DNA of 64,000 bases from Kiritimatiellia bacterium (GTDB lineage: Bacteria > Verrucomicrobiota > Kiritimatiellia > CAIVKH01): positions 3,494 to 67,493 of the forward strand of contig DAOLDD010000014.1 in the NCBI GenBank assembly GCA_035327585.1, given 5' to 3'. The notes beneath the pieces are model-generated. The model had not been told where the DNA came from. It saw only the letters and a program-made list of their open reading frames with translations, and did no database searches. Position 1 is the stretch's first letter; each line of letters starts with the position of its first letter. The translations under genes were made by a program, and so were the position numbers. Positions 1 through 8,098 of the stretch are shown piece after piece.

Positions 1-713
1 GTCCGTACGTAGATTTCGTCGCGTGCACGCCGGTCCCACGCCACCTGATCCGGCGCAGCGGGGAACAGGCGCGTGATGTCGAGGGGCGCGTCCCGTTCCC
101 GGTCCAGCGCAATCCAGAGATAGCGTTCGCCGCTGCCATCGTCGATGCGCAGCAGGAGCCGCGGACTGCGCGGCACGCGCCAGTGGTTCAGCACAACCGC
201 GTCGCGCCACGGCGAGTCCGCCGGCAGCAACGGCCGCAACTTCGCGGTCTCCGCATCCAGAACGGCCCAATCCGATAGGCGGGTACCGCCGGCCAGCACG
301 GCGTACGGACTGCCCGGCGTCGTGAAAAAATCGGACCATGCCTGCGCATCCACCCGGCGTGCCGGGCGGACGTCGGGCAGCAGCAGCACGCGATCGAGAA
401 CCGTTGCGCGCTCGGGCGCGACTGTCACCCGCTGCTGCCAGGGCTCATATCCGGCGCGCACGAGCCGCAATGCGTATTCGCCCGGCAACAGGTCGCGAAT
501 CACCGTGGGCGTGCGACGCGTGTAGCGGCTCGCACCGAGGAACACCTGGGCGTCGTCGGGCGTACTGTTGATGGAGACGAGGCCCGCCCGCACCAGACCG
601 GGTCCCCCGTCGGGGTTATAGATGTACCCGAAGGCATACAGGATCGCGACCGGAGCCGCGACGAGGTATACGGCGAGGAATACGTAGAAAAAAAACTGGC
701 GGATTGCGCGCAC
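1..713 (-). CDS. PEGA-domain membrane protein (3' end runs off the window; absent from the ORF track because there is no in-window stop)
   Basis: Manual reverse-strand translation from GTG at 713 (directly after the TAA stop of the upstream ABC ATPase) stays open to position 1. It has an N-terminal hydrophobic helix (IRQFFFYVFLAVYLVAAPVAILYAF) followed by a PEGA-like segment (GLVSINSTPDDAQVFLG...LLPGEYALRLVRAGYEPWQQRVTV). Confidence 0.5.
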   Translation of the reverse strand, partial: MRAIRQFFFYVFLAVYLVAAPVAILYAFGYIYNPDGGPGLVRAGLVSINSTPDDAQVFLGASRYTRRTPTVIRDLLPGEYALRLVRAGYEPWQQRVTVAPERATVLDRVLLLPDVRPARRVDAQAWSDFFTTPGSPYAVLAGGTRLSDWAVLDAETAKLRPLLPADSPWRDAVVLNHWRVPRSPRLLLRIDDGSGERYLWIALDRERDAPLDITRLFPAAPDQVAWDRRARDEIYVR

Positions 714-1901
714 TTATCCCGCAGCCACGTCCCACCGGCAGGGCAGTTGGAACACGCCGTGAGCGGTGGATTCGTTTTTGACCGCGAACGGATACCAGTC
801 CTCGCGGCGGTGATACTGCGTGGCGTGGTCCCAGGAATGGATCGCGAGCGAGAGGAAATATTTTCCCTCCATCAGCGTAAGCGGCTCAATCGTCAGCCGG
901 ACCACGCCCTCACCCTCCAGCGGAGGCACCGGCACCTCCATGATCTGGGTGTTCGTGCCGAAGATGAAAAACCCGTTGCCCGTCTTGATCGAAAAACCGA
1001 AGACCGCCTGCTCGACCCGCTTTCGCGCGCGGTAGCCGATCTCGACGGTCATGCGGCGTCCGGTGGTGAAGGTGCCGGTTTCCACGCCCGCGTCGTTCAG
1101 CAGGCGCACGTCCGTATATTCGACGTCGCGCGTGCCGTGTTCCTCGACATTGAGGTGGCCGATGCGCGCCATGTAGGTCTTGAGGTAGGTCAGGATGACA
1201 TCCGACGGGTCGCCCTGCGCGACGAGCCGCCCCTGGTGGATCAGCTTCACCTCGTCGCAGAACTGCTCGACGGAGACGAGGTCGTGCGTGACGAGCAGGA
1301 TCGTCTTGCCGCGCTTCTGGAAGTCGCGGATGCGGTCGAAGCACTTCATCTGGAACGCGAGGTCGCCGACCGCGAGCACTTCGTCGACCAGCAGGATTTC
1401 CGGGTTCATCTCGACGGCCACGGCGAAGCCGAGGCGCACATACATGCCGCTCGAATAATTCTTCACCGGCATGTCGATGAAGTCGCGCAAGCCGGAGAAT
1501 TCGACGATGTGGTCCATGCGCCGCGTCACATCCTCGCGCGGGATGCCGAGCACCGCGGCGTTCAGGTACACGTTTTCGCGGCCGGAGAGATCGGGGTGGA
1601 ACCCCGCACCGAGTTCGAGCAGCGACGAGATGGTGCCGTGCGTGCGCACCGCGCCGGTCGTCGGCGTGATCGTGCCCGCGATGAGGCCGAGCAGCGAGCT
1701 TTTGCCCGAGCCGTTCGGCCCGACCACGCCGACGCTCGCGCCGCGCAGCACATTAAACGACACCTCGCGCAGCGCCCAGAACAACTCCGCCTGCTCGCGC
1801 TTCCAACCGCGCACCAGCAGATCGCGCAGCGAGGTTTTCGCCACGCCGCGCAGGCGGTAGCTTTTGCCGAGGTTTTCAACTTCGATGGCCGGTTGCGTCA
1901 T
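714..1901 (-). CDS. wzt: ABC transporter ATP-binding protein, polysaccharide/O-antigen export type (Wzt/KpsT-like) with a C-terminal carbohydrate-binding-like extension
   Basis: Walker A GPNGSGKSS, ABC signature YSSGM, Walker B ILLVDEVLAVGD, and a roughly 150 aa C-terminal beta-rich extension. Start taken at MTQPAIEV (ATG at 1901), not the longer upstream ORF-track start. Confidence 0.85.
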   Translation of the reverse strand: MTQPAIEVENLGKSYRLRGVAKTSLRDLLVRGWKREQAELFWALREVSFNVLRGASVGVVGPNGSGKSSLLGLIAGTITPTTGAVRTHGTISSLLELGAGFHPDLSGRENVYLNAAVLGIPREDVTRRMDHIVEFSGLRDFIDMPVKNYSSGMYVRLGFAVAVEMNPEILLVDEVLAVGDLAFQMKCFDRIRDFQKRGKTILLVTHDLVSVEQFCDEVKLIHQGRLVAQGDPSDVILTYLKTYMARIGHLNVEEHGTRDVEYTDVRLLNDAGVETGTFTTGRRMTVEIGYRARKRVEQAVFGFSIKTGNGFFIFGTNTQIMEVPVPPLEGEGVVRLTIEPLTLMEGKYFLSLAIHSWDHATQYHRREDWYPFAVKNESTAHGVFQLPCRWDVAAG

Positions 1902-1944
1902 GTCGACATATCCGAAATCTGAAATCCGAAATCTGAAATGAAAA

Positions 1945-2745
1945 TCATAGCAGGTCCGCGAAATCCTTTTGGAGCCGCTGGAACAGGCGGTACGCAAACA
2001 CGAAGAAGACCCCGATCGCCGCCAGCGTCACGTACGCGGCGGTCTCCCACGGAAACACCGCGCCGCCGGTGATGACGCAGCGGTAACCGGTGATGATCAC
2101 CGTCAGCGGGTTGAGCAGAAACACGTGCGGCGCCCACGGGTGCGCCTCGGCGTGGCGCGCGACGAAGTCGAGGTTGTACATCACCGGGCTGACGAAGAAC
2201 CATGCGCTGAGCAGGATGCCGACGAGATGCTGTGCGTCGCGCACCACCACATTGAGCCCGGCGAGCAGCAGCGCGAGCGCGAGGTTGAACACGAGGTGCA
2301 CGAGCAGGACCGCGGGCAACAGGAAAATCCACGGGCTGAACGACGCGCCGCTGTAGTGGAACAACACCGCGAGTAACGGGAACTGCACCAGCAGGCTCAT
2401 CGCGTAGGTCGCGGCATTCGCCAGCGTGGCGGAGAGCGGCAGGATGACGCGCGGGAAATAGACCTTCTTCACGAGGTTCGCGCTGCCGGTGATGCTGGTG
2501 AGCCCGGCGTTGACGCACTGCACGGTGAACTGCCACGCGAAGACGCCGATGATGATGTCGGCCATCGGCACGCCGCGCCCGCCGAGCAACCGCAGGAAGA
2601 CCATGTAGATGATCGCCATGAAGAGCGGAATGAGCACGCTCCAGAGAAAACCGAGCACTGAGCCGCGATAGCGCAGTTTCAGCTCCCGGGCGGCGAGGTT
2701 CAGCAGCAACTCGCGGTGCTGCGTGAAGGCGGCGCGCAGGCTCAT
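1945..2745 (-). CDS. wzm: ABC-2 type polysaccharide exporter permease (Wzm-like)
   Basis: Six predicted TM helices, typical ABC-2 permease length (266 aa), and sits directly upstream of wzt in the same orientation. Confidence 0.8.
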   Translation of the reverse strand: MSLRAAFTQHRELLLNLAARELKLRYRGSVLGFLWSVLIPLFMAIIYMVFLRLLGGRGVPMADIIIGVFAWQFTVQCVNAGLTSITGSANLVKKVYFPRVILPLSATLANAATYAMSLLVQFPLLAVLFHYSGASFSPWIFLLPAVLLVHLVFNLALALLLAGLNVVVRDAQHLVGILLSAWFFVSPVMYNLDFVARHAEAHPWAPHVFLLNPLTVIITGYRCVITGGAVFPWETAAYVTLAAIGVFFVFAYRLFQRLQKDFADLL

Positions 2746-3242
2746 GATCCCGCGACCGGCGCGCGCACCAGCCCCTCCATCACCAAGGTCGCGCGGCCCC
2801 GGCCGGGTCCGCCGTCCTCCGCTGCGATCGTAATTTCCACGGCTCGCCAGGGGGCGGGCAGCGCGGCCAGCGTCGCCAGCGTTTCACCAAGTTCCACGAG
2901 ATTCACGCGGTCGATGGTAACCTGAACCCGCTGCAGCGACCAGTCCGGCGTAATGCGTTCACGCTCGGCCTCGCGGACCTCGGTTTTCCAGGCGGGCCGC
3001 TGTTCACGCAACCAGCCAGGCAGAGGCGGCGAGGCGCCCGCGCGCGTCGCGTAAGCCAGCGCATCCCGTTCGGCGGCACGACGGGCGGACTGGTCGCGCA
3101 GCGCGATCCACTCCGCGTGTCGCCGCTCGATCTGGCGCAATCGCCCGGGCGTTTCCCGTACGGCGTAGACGGCGGCGCCGACGGCGAAAAGCGCCAGTGC
3201 AATCAGCGCGGCGGGCGCCAGCCAGGCGGGATTCCGGTTCAT
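2742..3242 (-). CDS. GspM/PilO-like bitopic membrane protein (type II secretion/type IV pilus assembly family), hypothetical
   Basis: 166 aa with a single N-terminal TM (WLAPAALIALALFAVGAAVYAV) and a periplasmic remainder. Its stop overlaps the wzm start and its start overlaps the GspL-like gene. Confidence 0.4.
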   Translation of the reverse strand: MNRNPAWLAPAALIALALFAVGAAVYAVRETPGRLRQIERRHAEWIALRDQSARRAAERDALAYATRAGASPPLPGWLREQRPAWKTEVREAERERITPDWSLQRVQVTIDRVNLVELGETLATLAALPAPWRAVEITIAAEDGGPGRGRATLVMEGLVRAPVAGS

Positions 3243-4603
3243 CGCTCCCCCTGCAACGTAAAGTGCACCCGCTCATCCGCGCCCGCGTCGCGTCGCTCAA
3301 GTTCGACGCGCCAGCCGGCGGTTCCCAAGGCCGACGCGAAGCGCTCGCCATCGTTCCAATCATTCGCCGTGCCGTGGAGGCGAAGCGCCGCACCCTGCGC
3401 GGTCAACGCGTGGAAATGCAGCCCCAGCGTCCGCGCATCGCCCAACACCCGGGCGAGCACGGCGTCAGCGCCCGGTTCGCGATAGCGTGCGAACGAGGCC
3501 CAGCCCGCGGCCTCCCCGTCCAGCGCGCGTTGCGCGGCGAGCAGCTCCTGCCCGCGCGGCAGGCGATCCGTGCCCGCGGCCAGCCGCGCTTCCGCGACGA
3601 GCCGCTCCTGCCACAGCTCCTTCGCGTGCTCCAGGAGGGCCAGTCCGCTGAAGGACACCACCGCCAGCGCGGCGGCCGCGGCGGCCAGCGCCACCCCGAG
3701 CCCGCGGCGGCGGCCCTGCGCCAGGCGAACACCCAGCGGATGCGCCAGCGCGCCCTGCCGCAAATCGCCCTCCGCCTCGGCTCGCGTCAACAGACCGACG
3801 GCCAACGCGCGGGGCAGAAATTCAGCGGGCTCCTTGTGTACGATCGACTTTGGCACGCCACCCGGAAATATCTGCGCCGCGATAGCATCGCGAACGGCGG
3901 CACGCTCCGCCACGGGCCCGCACCAAACCACGTGACAAACCGCGCCCGGCGCCTGCTCCTGTTGCGCGCGCCACCAGAGGGCGAGACGCTGCCCCGCGGG
4001 CGAGCCGGGCGCCGCCAGTTCCTCCGCGCCCAGCCGCAGCCCCGTCGCCGAATCCAAGCCCTTGAACGATCCCGCCACCGCGCTGACCCGGGACCGCCCG
4101 AGATGCACCAGCAGGCGGCGATGCTCACGGCCCAACGGCAACTCCGCCACGCTGTATCGCCACAACGCGACCGCCTCATGCTCCAGCGCCACCGGGTCGC
4201 ATCCCGCCTCCCGCAGGCGATCGAGTTGCGCGACGACATCCTCGGTACGCGCGGCGACGGCCAGCGCCGCCACGCCGCCATCCGCCGTTCGCGCCGGTGA
4301 CAGGAAGTCGTACTGGCAACTCTCCAGCGGGAACGGCAATTCAATGTCCAGCAACGACGGCAGGACCCGGCGCGCCTTTTCGACCGACGCGATCGGCGCG
4401 GTAAGTCGCCGCACGAAACCCGAAAATACCGGCATCGCGGCGGCCACCGGTGCGGCATCGCCCGGCGGGCCGGAAAGTCGGCGAAACTGGATGGCGCCGC
4501 GACGGCGGCTCGCCTCGACGAACGTCCATGCGCCGCCATCGAGATCCACGCCGCAAGCAATGGAACCGTAGCGCCCCATCACGCCGGCTCCGGTTCGATC
4601 CAC
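3239..4603 (-). CDS. GspL/PilM-PilN-like assembly platform protein (cytoplasmic actin-like domain, one mid-protein TM, periplasmic domain)
   Basis: N-terminal segment GSIACGVDLDGGAWTFVE resembles PilM/GspL actin-like folds. There is a single TM near residue 300 (GLGVALAAAAAALAVVSFSGLALL), and the gene is flanked by GspK-like and GspM-like genes. Confidence 0.5.
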   Translation of the reverse strand: MDRTGAGVMGRYGSIACGVDLDGGAWTFVEASRRRGAIQFRRLSGPPGDAAPVAAAMPVFSGFVRRLTAPIASVEKARRVLPSLLDIELPFPLESCQYDFLSPARTADGGVAALAVAARTEDVVAQLDRLREAGCDPVALEHEAVALWRYSVAELPLGREHRRLLVHLGRSRVSAVAGSFKGLDSATGLRLGAEELAAPGSPAGQRLALWWRAQQEQAPGAVCHVVWCGPVAERAAVRDAIAAQIFPGGVPKSIVHKEPAEFLPRALAVGLLTRAEAEGDLRQGALAHPLGVRLAQGRRRGLGVALAAAAAALAVVSFSGLALLEHAKELWQERLVAEARLAAGTDRLPRGQELLAAQRALDGEAAGWASFARYREPGADAVLARVLGDARTLGLHFHALTAQGAALRLHGTANDWNDGERFASALGTAGWRVELERRDAGADERVHFTLQGER

Positions 4604-5913
4604 TGCACCACGCGCACCCGCCCATCATCCTGCCGGAACACCAGCGCCTCAATCGTCATGCGCCGACCCTCCCGCTCCGCCCAGGCCTCCACGCGGAAAA
4701 ACTGACTGCGCACTTCGAGATACGGGCGCACCCGCTCATACGCCTCCACGCCCATCGTGAGCGACAATACGTCGAGTTGCCGGATCGGCCGGATGGCGCG
4801 CAGCGTCAGCACCGTGTCCACCATCCGATCCTGTTCCATGCCCAGGACGGCCAGCAGCGTCGCGCGCGGCGCTGAATTAATGTTGATCGGCAGCGGCCTC
4901 GTCCGCGCCACGGGAATCAGCGTGACCAGGTCCACGAATGTCGCGTCGAACGCACCGCCGCCCGCGAGCGCCCGGTCGCGACGCAGCAAATCCGCCTCGC
5001 CCCAGCCGTCGACGTGCGTCAACTCGCGCCAGCCATACAGGACGCGGTCGGGGCTGCGTTGCGGCGGGTTGAGTCGCCGGTAGAACTCCGCCTCGCGCGA
5101 GCCCGCGCGATCCGCGTCAATAAAGTCGCGCAGCGCCGCGGTGCGGCTCGCCGGGGAGAATTCGCCGCACAGCGTCTGCAGGTCCATCACGATATCCTCG
5201 CAAACGCGCGCGCCGGGCGTGGGCTCGGCGCCGAGGTTGTTCAGGTCGAAGCGCGCCTGCTCATCCCGCACGCGAACCGCGGTCGAAATACCCAGCGGCG
5301 TTTCGGCCCACTGGCGCGCCGCCCATACATCGTTCGTCGTGTCCACGCCGAGGTCCGGGTCGTAGGCGAGTTGCTGGAGCGCGGTGTGCACCGCGTCCAC
5401 GGCGGCCTGGCGGAGTTGATGCCGCTCCGTGGCGGCGCGCTCGTGCGCGGCCCGGGTACGCGCGAGCGCGTGGGACTGGAGCAACAGCGCCGCGACCAAC
5501 CCCGTGAGCACCAGCAGCAGCACGAGCACCCCGCCCTCGCGCGCGTCGGACGGTTTCGGAAGAACAGGTCGTGCCCGGCCCGGCGCCCGGCGCGCATCCT
5601 GTGCGCGGCGGAGACGGCGGCTGGGCGAACGGCGATCCCCCAGCCACTCCGGAAAAATCAGGAATACCCAGCGCGCGAGCAGCACCACCCCACCCCCCGC
5701 CCCAAAGTAGAGCGCCATCTCCAGCAGGCGCCGCCGCTGCGGAATCTGCGCGAACGCCGCAAACAACAGGAAGCCGCACGCGATGACCAGCGCGAGAATG
5801 CCCACGACCATGCCCAACAGGCGGAGGCGATGCCGCATGCCGCGAAACCAGGACCGGGATATGGGACGACGTGAAGCCATGAACCCCCGCACTATGGGAA
5901 ACCCGCCCCTCAC
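4579..5913 (-). CDS. GspK-like minor pseudopilin (type II secretion system protein K family); exact start uncertain
   Basis: Pseudopilin-like hydrophobic helix (GGVLVLLLVLTGLVAALLLQSHAL) followed by a GspK-like periplasmic domain with the characteristic ININSA...LLAVLGM motif. There is an N-terminal extension of about 120 aa with two further hydrophobic stretches, so the true start may be internal. Confidence 0.55.
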   Translation of the reverse strand: MRGGFPIVRGFMASRRPISRSWFRGMRHRLRLLGMVVGILALVIACGFLLFAAFAQIPQRRRLLEMALYFGAGGGVVLLARWVFLIFPEWLGDRRSPSRRLRRAQDARRAPGRARPVLPKPSDAREGGVLVLLLVLTGLVAALLLQSHALARTRAAHERAATERHQLRQAAVDAVHTALQQLAYDPDLGVDTTNDVWAARQWAETPLGISTAVRVRDEQARFDLNNLGAEPTPGARVCEDIVMDLQTLCGEFSPASRTAALRDFIDADRAGSREAEFYRRLNPPQRSPDRVLYGWRELTHVDGWGEADLLRRDRALAGGGAFDATFVDLVTLIPVARTRPLPININSAPRATLLAVLGMEQDRMVDTVLTLRAIRPIRQLDVLSLTMGVEAYERVRPYLEVRSQFFRVEAWAEREGRRMTIEALVFRQDDGRVRVVQWIEPEPA

Positions 5914-5985
5914 GCGCCACTACTTTTCAAGCCACCGTCCACCCCGCCGCCCGACTATAATCCCGCGGCGGTTCAGTTTCCGGGG

Positions 5986-6915
5986 CTAGGCGCCGAGGGC
6001 GCGGCGGGTGTCTTCGAGGTCGCGCGCGATTTGCGCCTTCAGGGCATCAAGGGAGTCGAAGGTCCACTCGTCGCGCAGCTTCCGGACGAATTGCACATCG
6101 ATATCCTGGTCGTACAGATCCAGCGACGCGTCGAGCAGGTGCACCTCGACCACGTCGGCCGGCCCCTTGCGCAGGTCGGGGTGCGCGGTCAGGAAAGCGG
6201 CGGCGGCATACACGCGGTCCTCCACGAGCGCACGGCAGGCGTAGATGCCGGGCGGAGGACGGACTTCATTGTGTGGGTCGACGTTCGCGGTGGGATAACC
6301 GAGCGTGCGCCCCAATTTCGTGCCGTGCACCACGGTGCCGTAGATGCTGAACGGGCGACCCAGCATCGCGGAGGCGGATTCCAAATCCCCCGCGGCGACG
6401 GCCTGGCGGATGCGGGTGCTGGATACCAGCCGGCCGCCCCACTCGACCCCGGGCATAACCTCGACGCGAAACCGGCGTTCCGCGCCCAGCGTGCGCAGCA
6501 ACTCCACCGTCCCGCGCGCGCGCCGGCCGAAGGTCCAGTTCGCGCCGACGACAAAGGCGTGGAGCGACGGCACCGCCGCCCGCACATGTTCAATGAACGC
6601 CTCGGGCTCCTGCGCGGAAAATTCCTCGCTAAACGGAAGCAGCGCGACGCCATCCACGCCCTGCGCGCGCAACAACTGCAGGCGGTGCGGGGTCGAAGTC
6701 AGCAGCGCGGGCGCTCGATCGGGTCGCAGGACTTTCAGCGGATGCGGGTCAAACGTCAGCACCCAGGCCTGTCCGCCCACGGCGATGGCGAGCTCGCGCG
6801 CGCGGGCCAATACCGCCTGGTGCCCGCAATGTACGCCGTCAAACGCACCGGCGGCGAACACCACCGGCCGGGCTTCACCGGCCAGCTCCTCCAAACGTGT
6901 AAGGGTCCGCATCAT
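5986..6915 (-). CDS. ribF: bifunctional riboflavin kinase / FMN adenylyltransferase
   Basis: N-terminal nucleotidyltransferase motif GAFDGVHCGHQ, C-terminal riboflavin kinase motifs (GYPTANV, PPGIYA), 309 aa. Confidence 0.9.
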   Translation of the reverse strand: MMRTLTRLEELAGEARPVVFAAGAFDGVHCGHQAVLARARELAIAVGGQAWVLTFDPHPLKVLRPDRAPALLTSTPHRLQLLRAQGVDGVALLPFSEEFSAQEPEAFIEHVRAAVPSLHAFVVGANWTFGRRARGTVELLRTLGAERRFRVEVMPGVEWGGRLVSSTRIRQAVAAGDLESASAMLGRPFSIYGTVVHGTKLGRTLGYPTANVDPHNEVRPPPGIYACRALVEDRVYAAAAFLTAHPDLRKGPADVVEVHLLDASLDLYDQDIDVQFVRKLRDEWTFDSLDALKAQIARDLEDTRRALGA

Positions 6916-7664
6916 GGAAGGGCGCGAAGGTTCAACGATGCGATGGACCGCACCCGCGCGGCCAGCGCCGCCCGGTCGAACGCGACCAGGTCTTCAAACC
7001 GCACCGCGTCCGCGACATCCAGCGCGCCCGCACGGGTGCGACGGAGCGTGTTCATGCACGCGCCGCAACCAAGCCCCTCGCCCACGTCGTGGCAGAGTGT
7101 GCGCACATAGGTGCCCTTCGTGCAGCGCACACGGAACCGCGCGAGCGGCGGCGCAAAATCGAGCAGCGCGAATTCATAAATGTGCAACAGGCGCGGCTCG
7201 CGCGCGATTTCCTGCCCGTTGCGCGCCATCTTGTAGAGCGCGACGCCGTCCTTCTTGATGGCCGACACCATGGGCGGAATCTGATCCACATCGCCGGTCC
7301 ACTTCCGGAATTCCGCGGCGAGCGGCTCGCGCGTGACCGCGGAGGGGTCGCGGCGCGACAGGATTTCGCCCTCGGCGTCGTGCGTATCCGTGGTGACACC
7401 GAGCACGAGCGAGCCCTCGTACACCTTGTCCGTGCTCATGATCGCCTGCGAGAGCTTGGTGGCGCGGCCCAGCAGCAGGACGAGCAGCCCGGTGGCGCCG
7501 GGGTCGAGCGTCCCGCCATGCCCCACCTTGGGGAGGTTGAAGATGCGGCGCACGGCGTCCACGAGGTCGTGCGAGGTCGGCCCGGCGGGCTTGTCCACGA
7601 GCAGTACGCCGTCGAGCTCATCCCCGGCGCGCGGGGCGCCTCCCCTGTAGCGGCCGTGCCTCAT
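6912..7664 (-). CDS. truB: tRNA pseudouridine(55) synthase
   Basis: Motif GVLLVDKPAGPTSHDVV...GHGGTLDPGATGLL (catalytic Asp in GTLDP). Overlaps ribF by 4 nt. Start taken at the internal Met (an alternative upstream start is at 7709). Confidence 0.9.
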   Translation of the reverse strand: MRHGRYRGGAPRAGDELDGVLLVDKPAGPTSHDLVDAVRRIFNLPKVGHGGTLDPGATGLLVLLLGRATKLSQAIMSTDKVYEGSLVLGVTTDTHDAEGEILSRRDPSAVTREPLAAEFRKWTGDVDQIPPMVSAIKKDGVALYKMARNGQEIAREPRLLHIYEFALLDFAPPLARFRVRCTKGTYVRTLCHDVGEGLGCGACMNTLRRTRAGALDVADAVRFEDLVAFDRAALAARVRSIASLNLRALP

Positions 7665-8065
7665 GATCCGGCGGCGGGGGCGGACGCGTCGGTCGAGTCG
7701 TCCTCCCACTCGGGATGCTCCGCCTCCATCTCGGCGATCATCGACAACACCTGGTCGCCCTGCGCGATGGAGTGGTCGAGTTCGAAAATGAGCTGCGGCG
7801 TGTACTTCATCTTGATGTCGCGGTTGATGAGGTTCTGCAGCTCGATGCGGTGACCGCGGATGAGCGCCAGCATCTCCTCCTGCGTCTCCGGCTCGCCGCG
7901 GATGGACACCAGCACGCGCGCGTGGCGCAGGTCCGCGCTGGTGAGGACGCGGGTGACGGTGACCGCGGCGGCGTCGAAACCGGGCTCATTGACGAGGCGG
8001 AACAGATATTCCGCCACTTCCTGGCGAAGCAACTGGTTGATGCGCGTCAAACGCTGCGGACGCAT
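7661..8065 (-). CDS. rbfA: ribosome-binding factor A
   Basis: Begins MRPQRLTRINQLLRQEVAEYL, similar to the RbfA N-terminus, about 135 aa, and in the conserved position between infB and truB. An alternative start is at 8080. Confidence 0.85.
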   Translation of the reverse strand: MRPQRLTRINQLLRQEVAEYLFRLVNEPGFDAAAVTVTRVLTSADLRHARVLVSIRGEPETQEEMLALIRGHRIELQNLINRDIKMKYTPQLIFELDHSIAQGDQVLSMIAEMEAEHPEWEDDSTDASAPAAGS

Positions 8066-8098
8066 GGCGACTCCTCCCAAACCCCGCGCGCGGAGCGG

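Noticed and set aside
145-571. ORF-track + strand ORFs 145-525 and 338-571
   Set aside because: Arg/Ala/Ser-rich translations typical of out-of-frame high-GC sequence. They lie antisense to a continuous reverse-strand frame with TM and PEGA features, which I annotate instead.
747-1922. 391-aa + strand ORF antisense to wzt
   Set aside because: No motifs, extreme Arg/Ala/Asp/His bias. The opposite strand carries unmistakable Walker A/B and ABC signature motifs.
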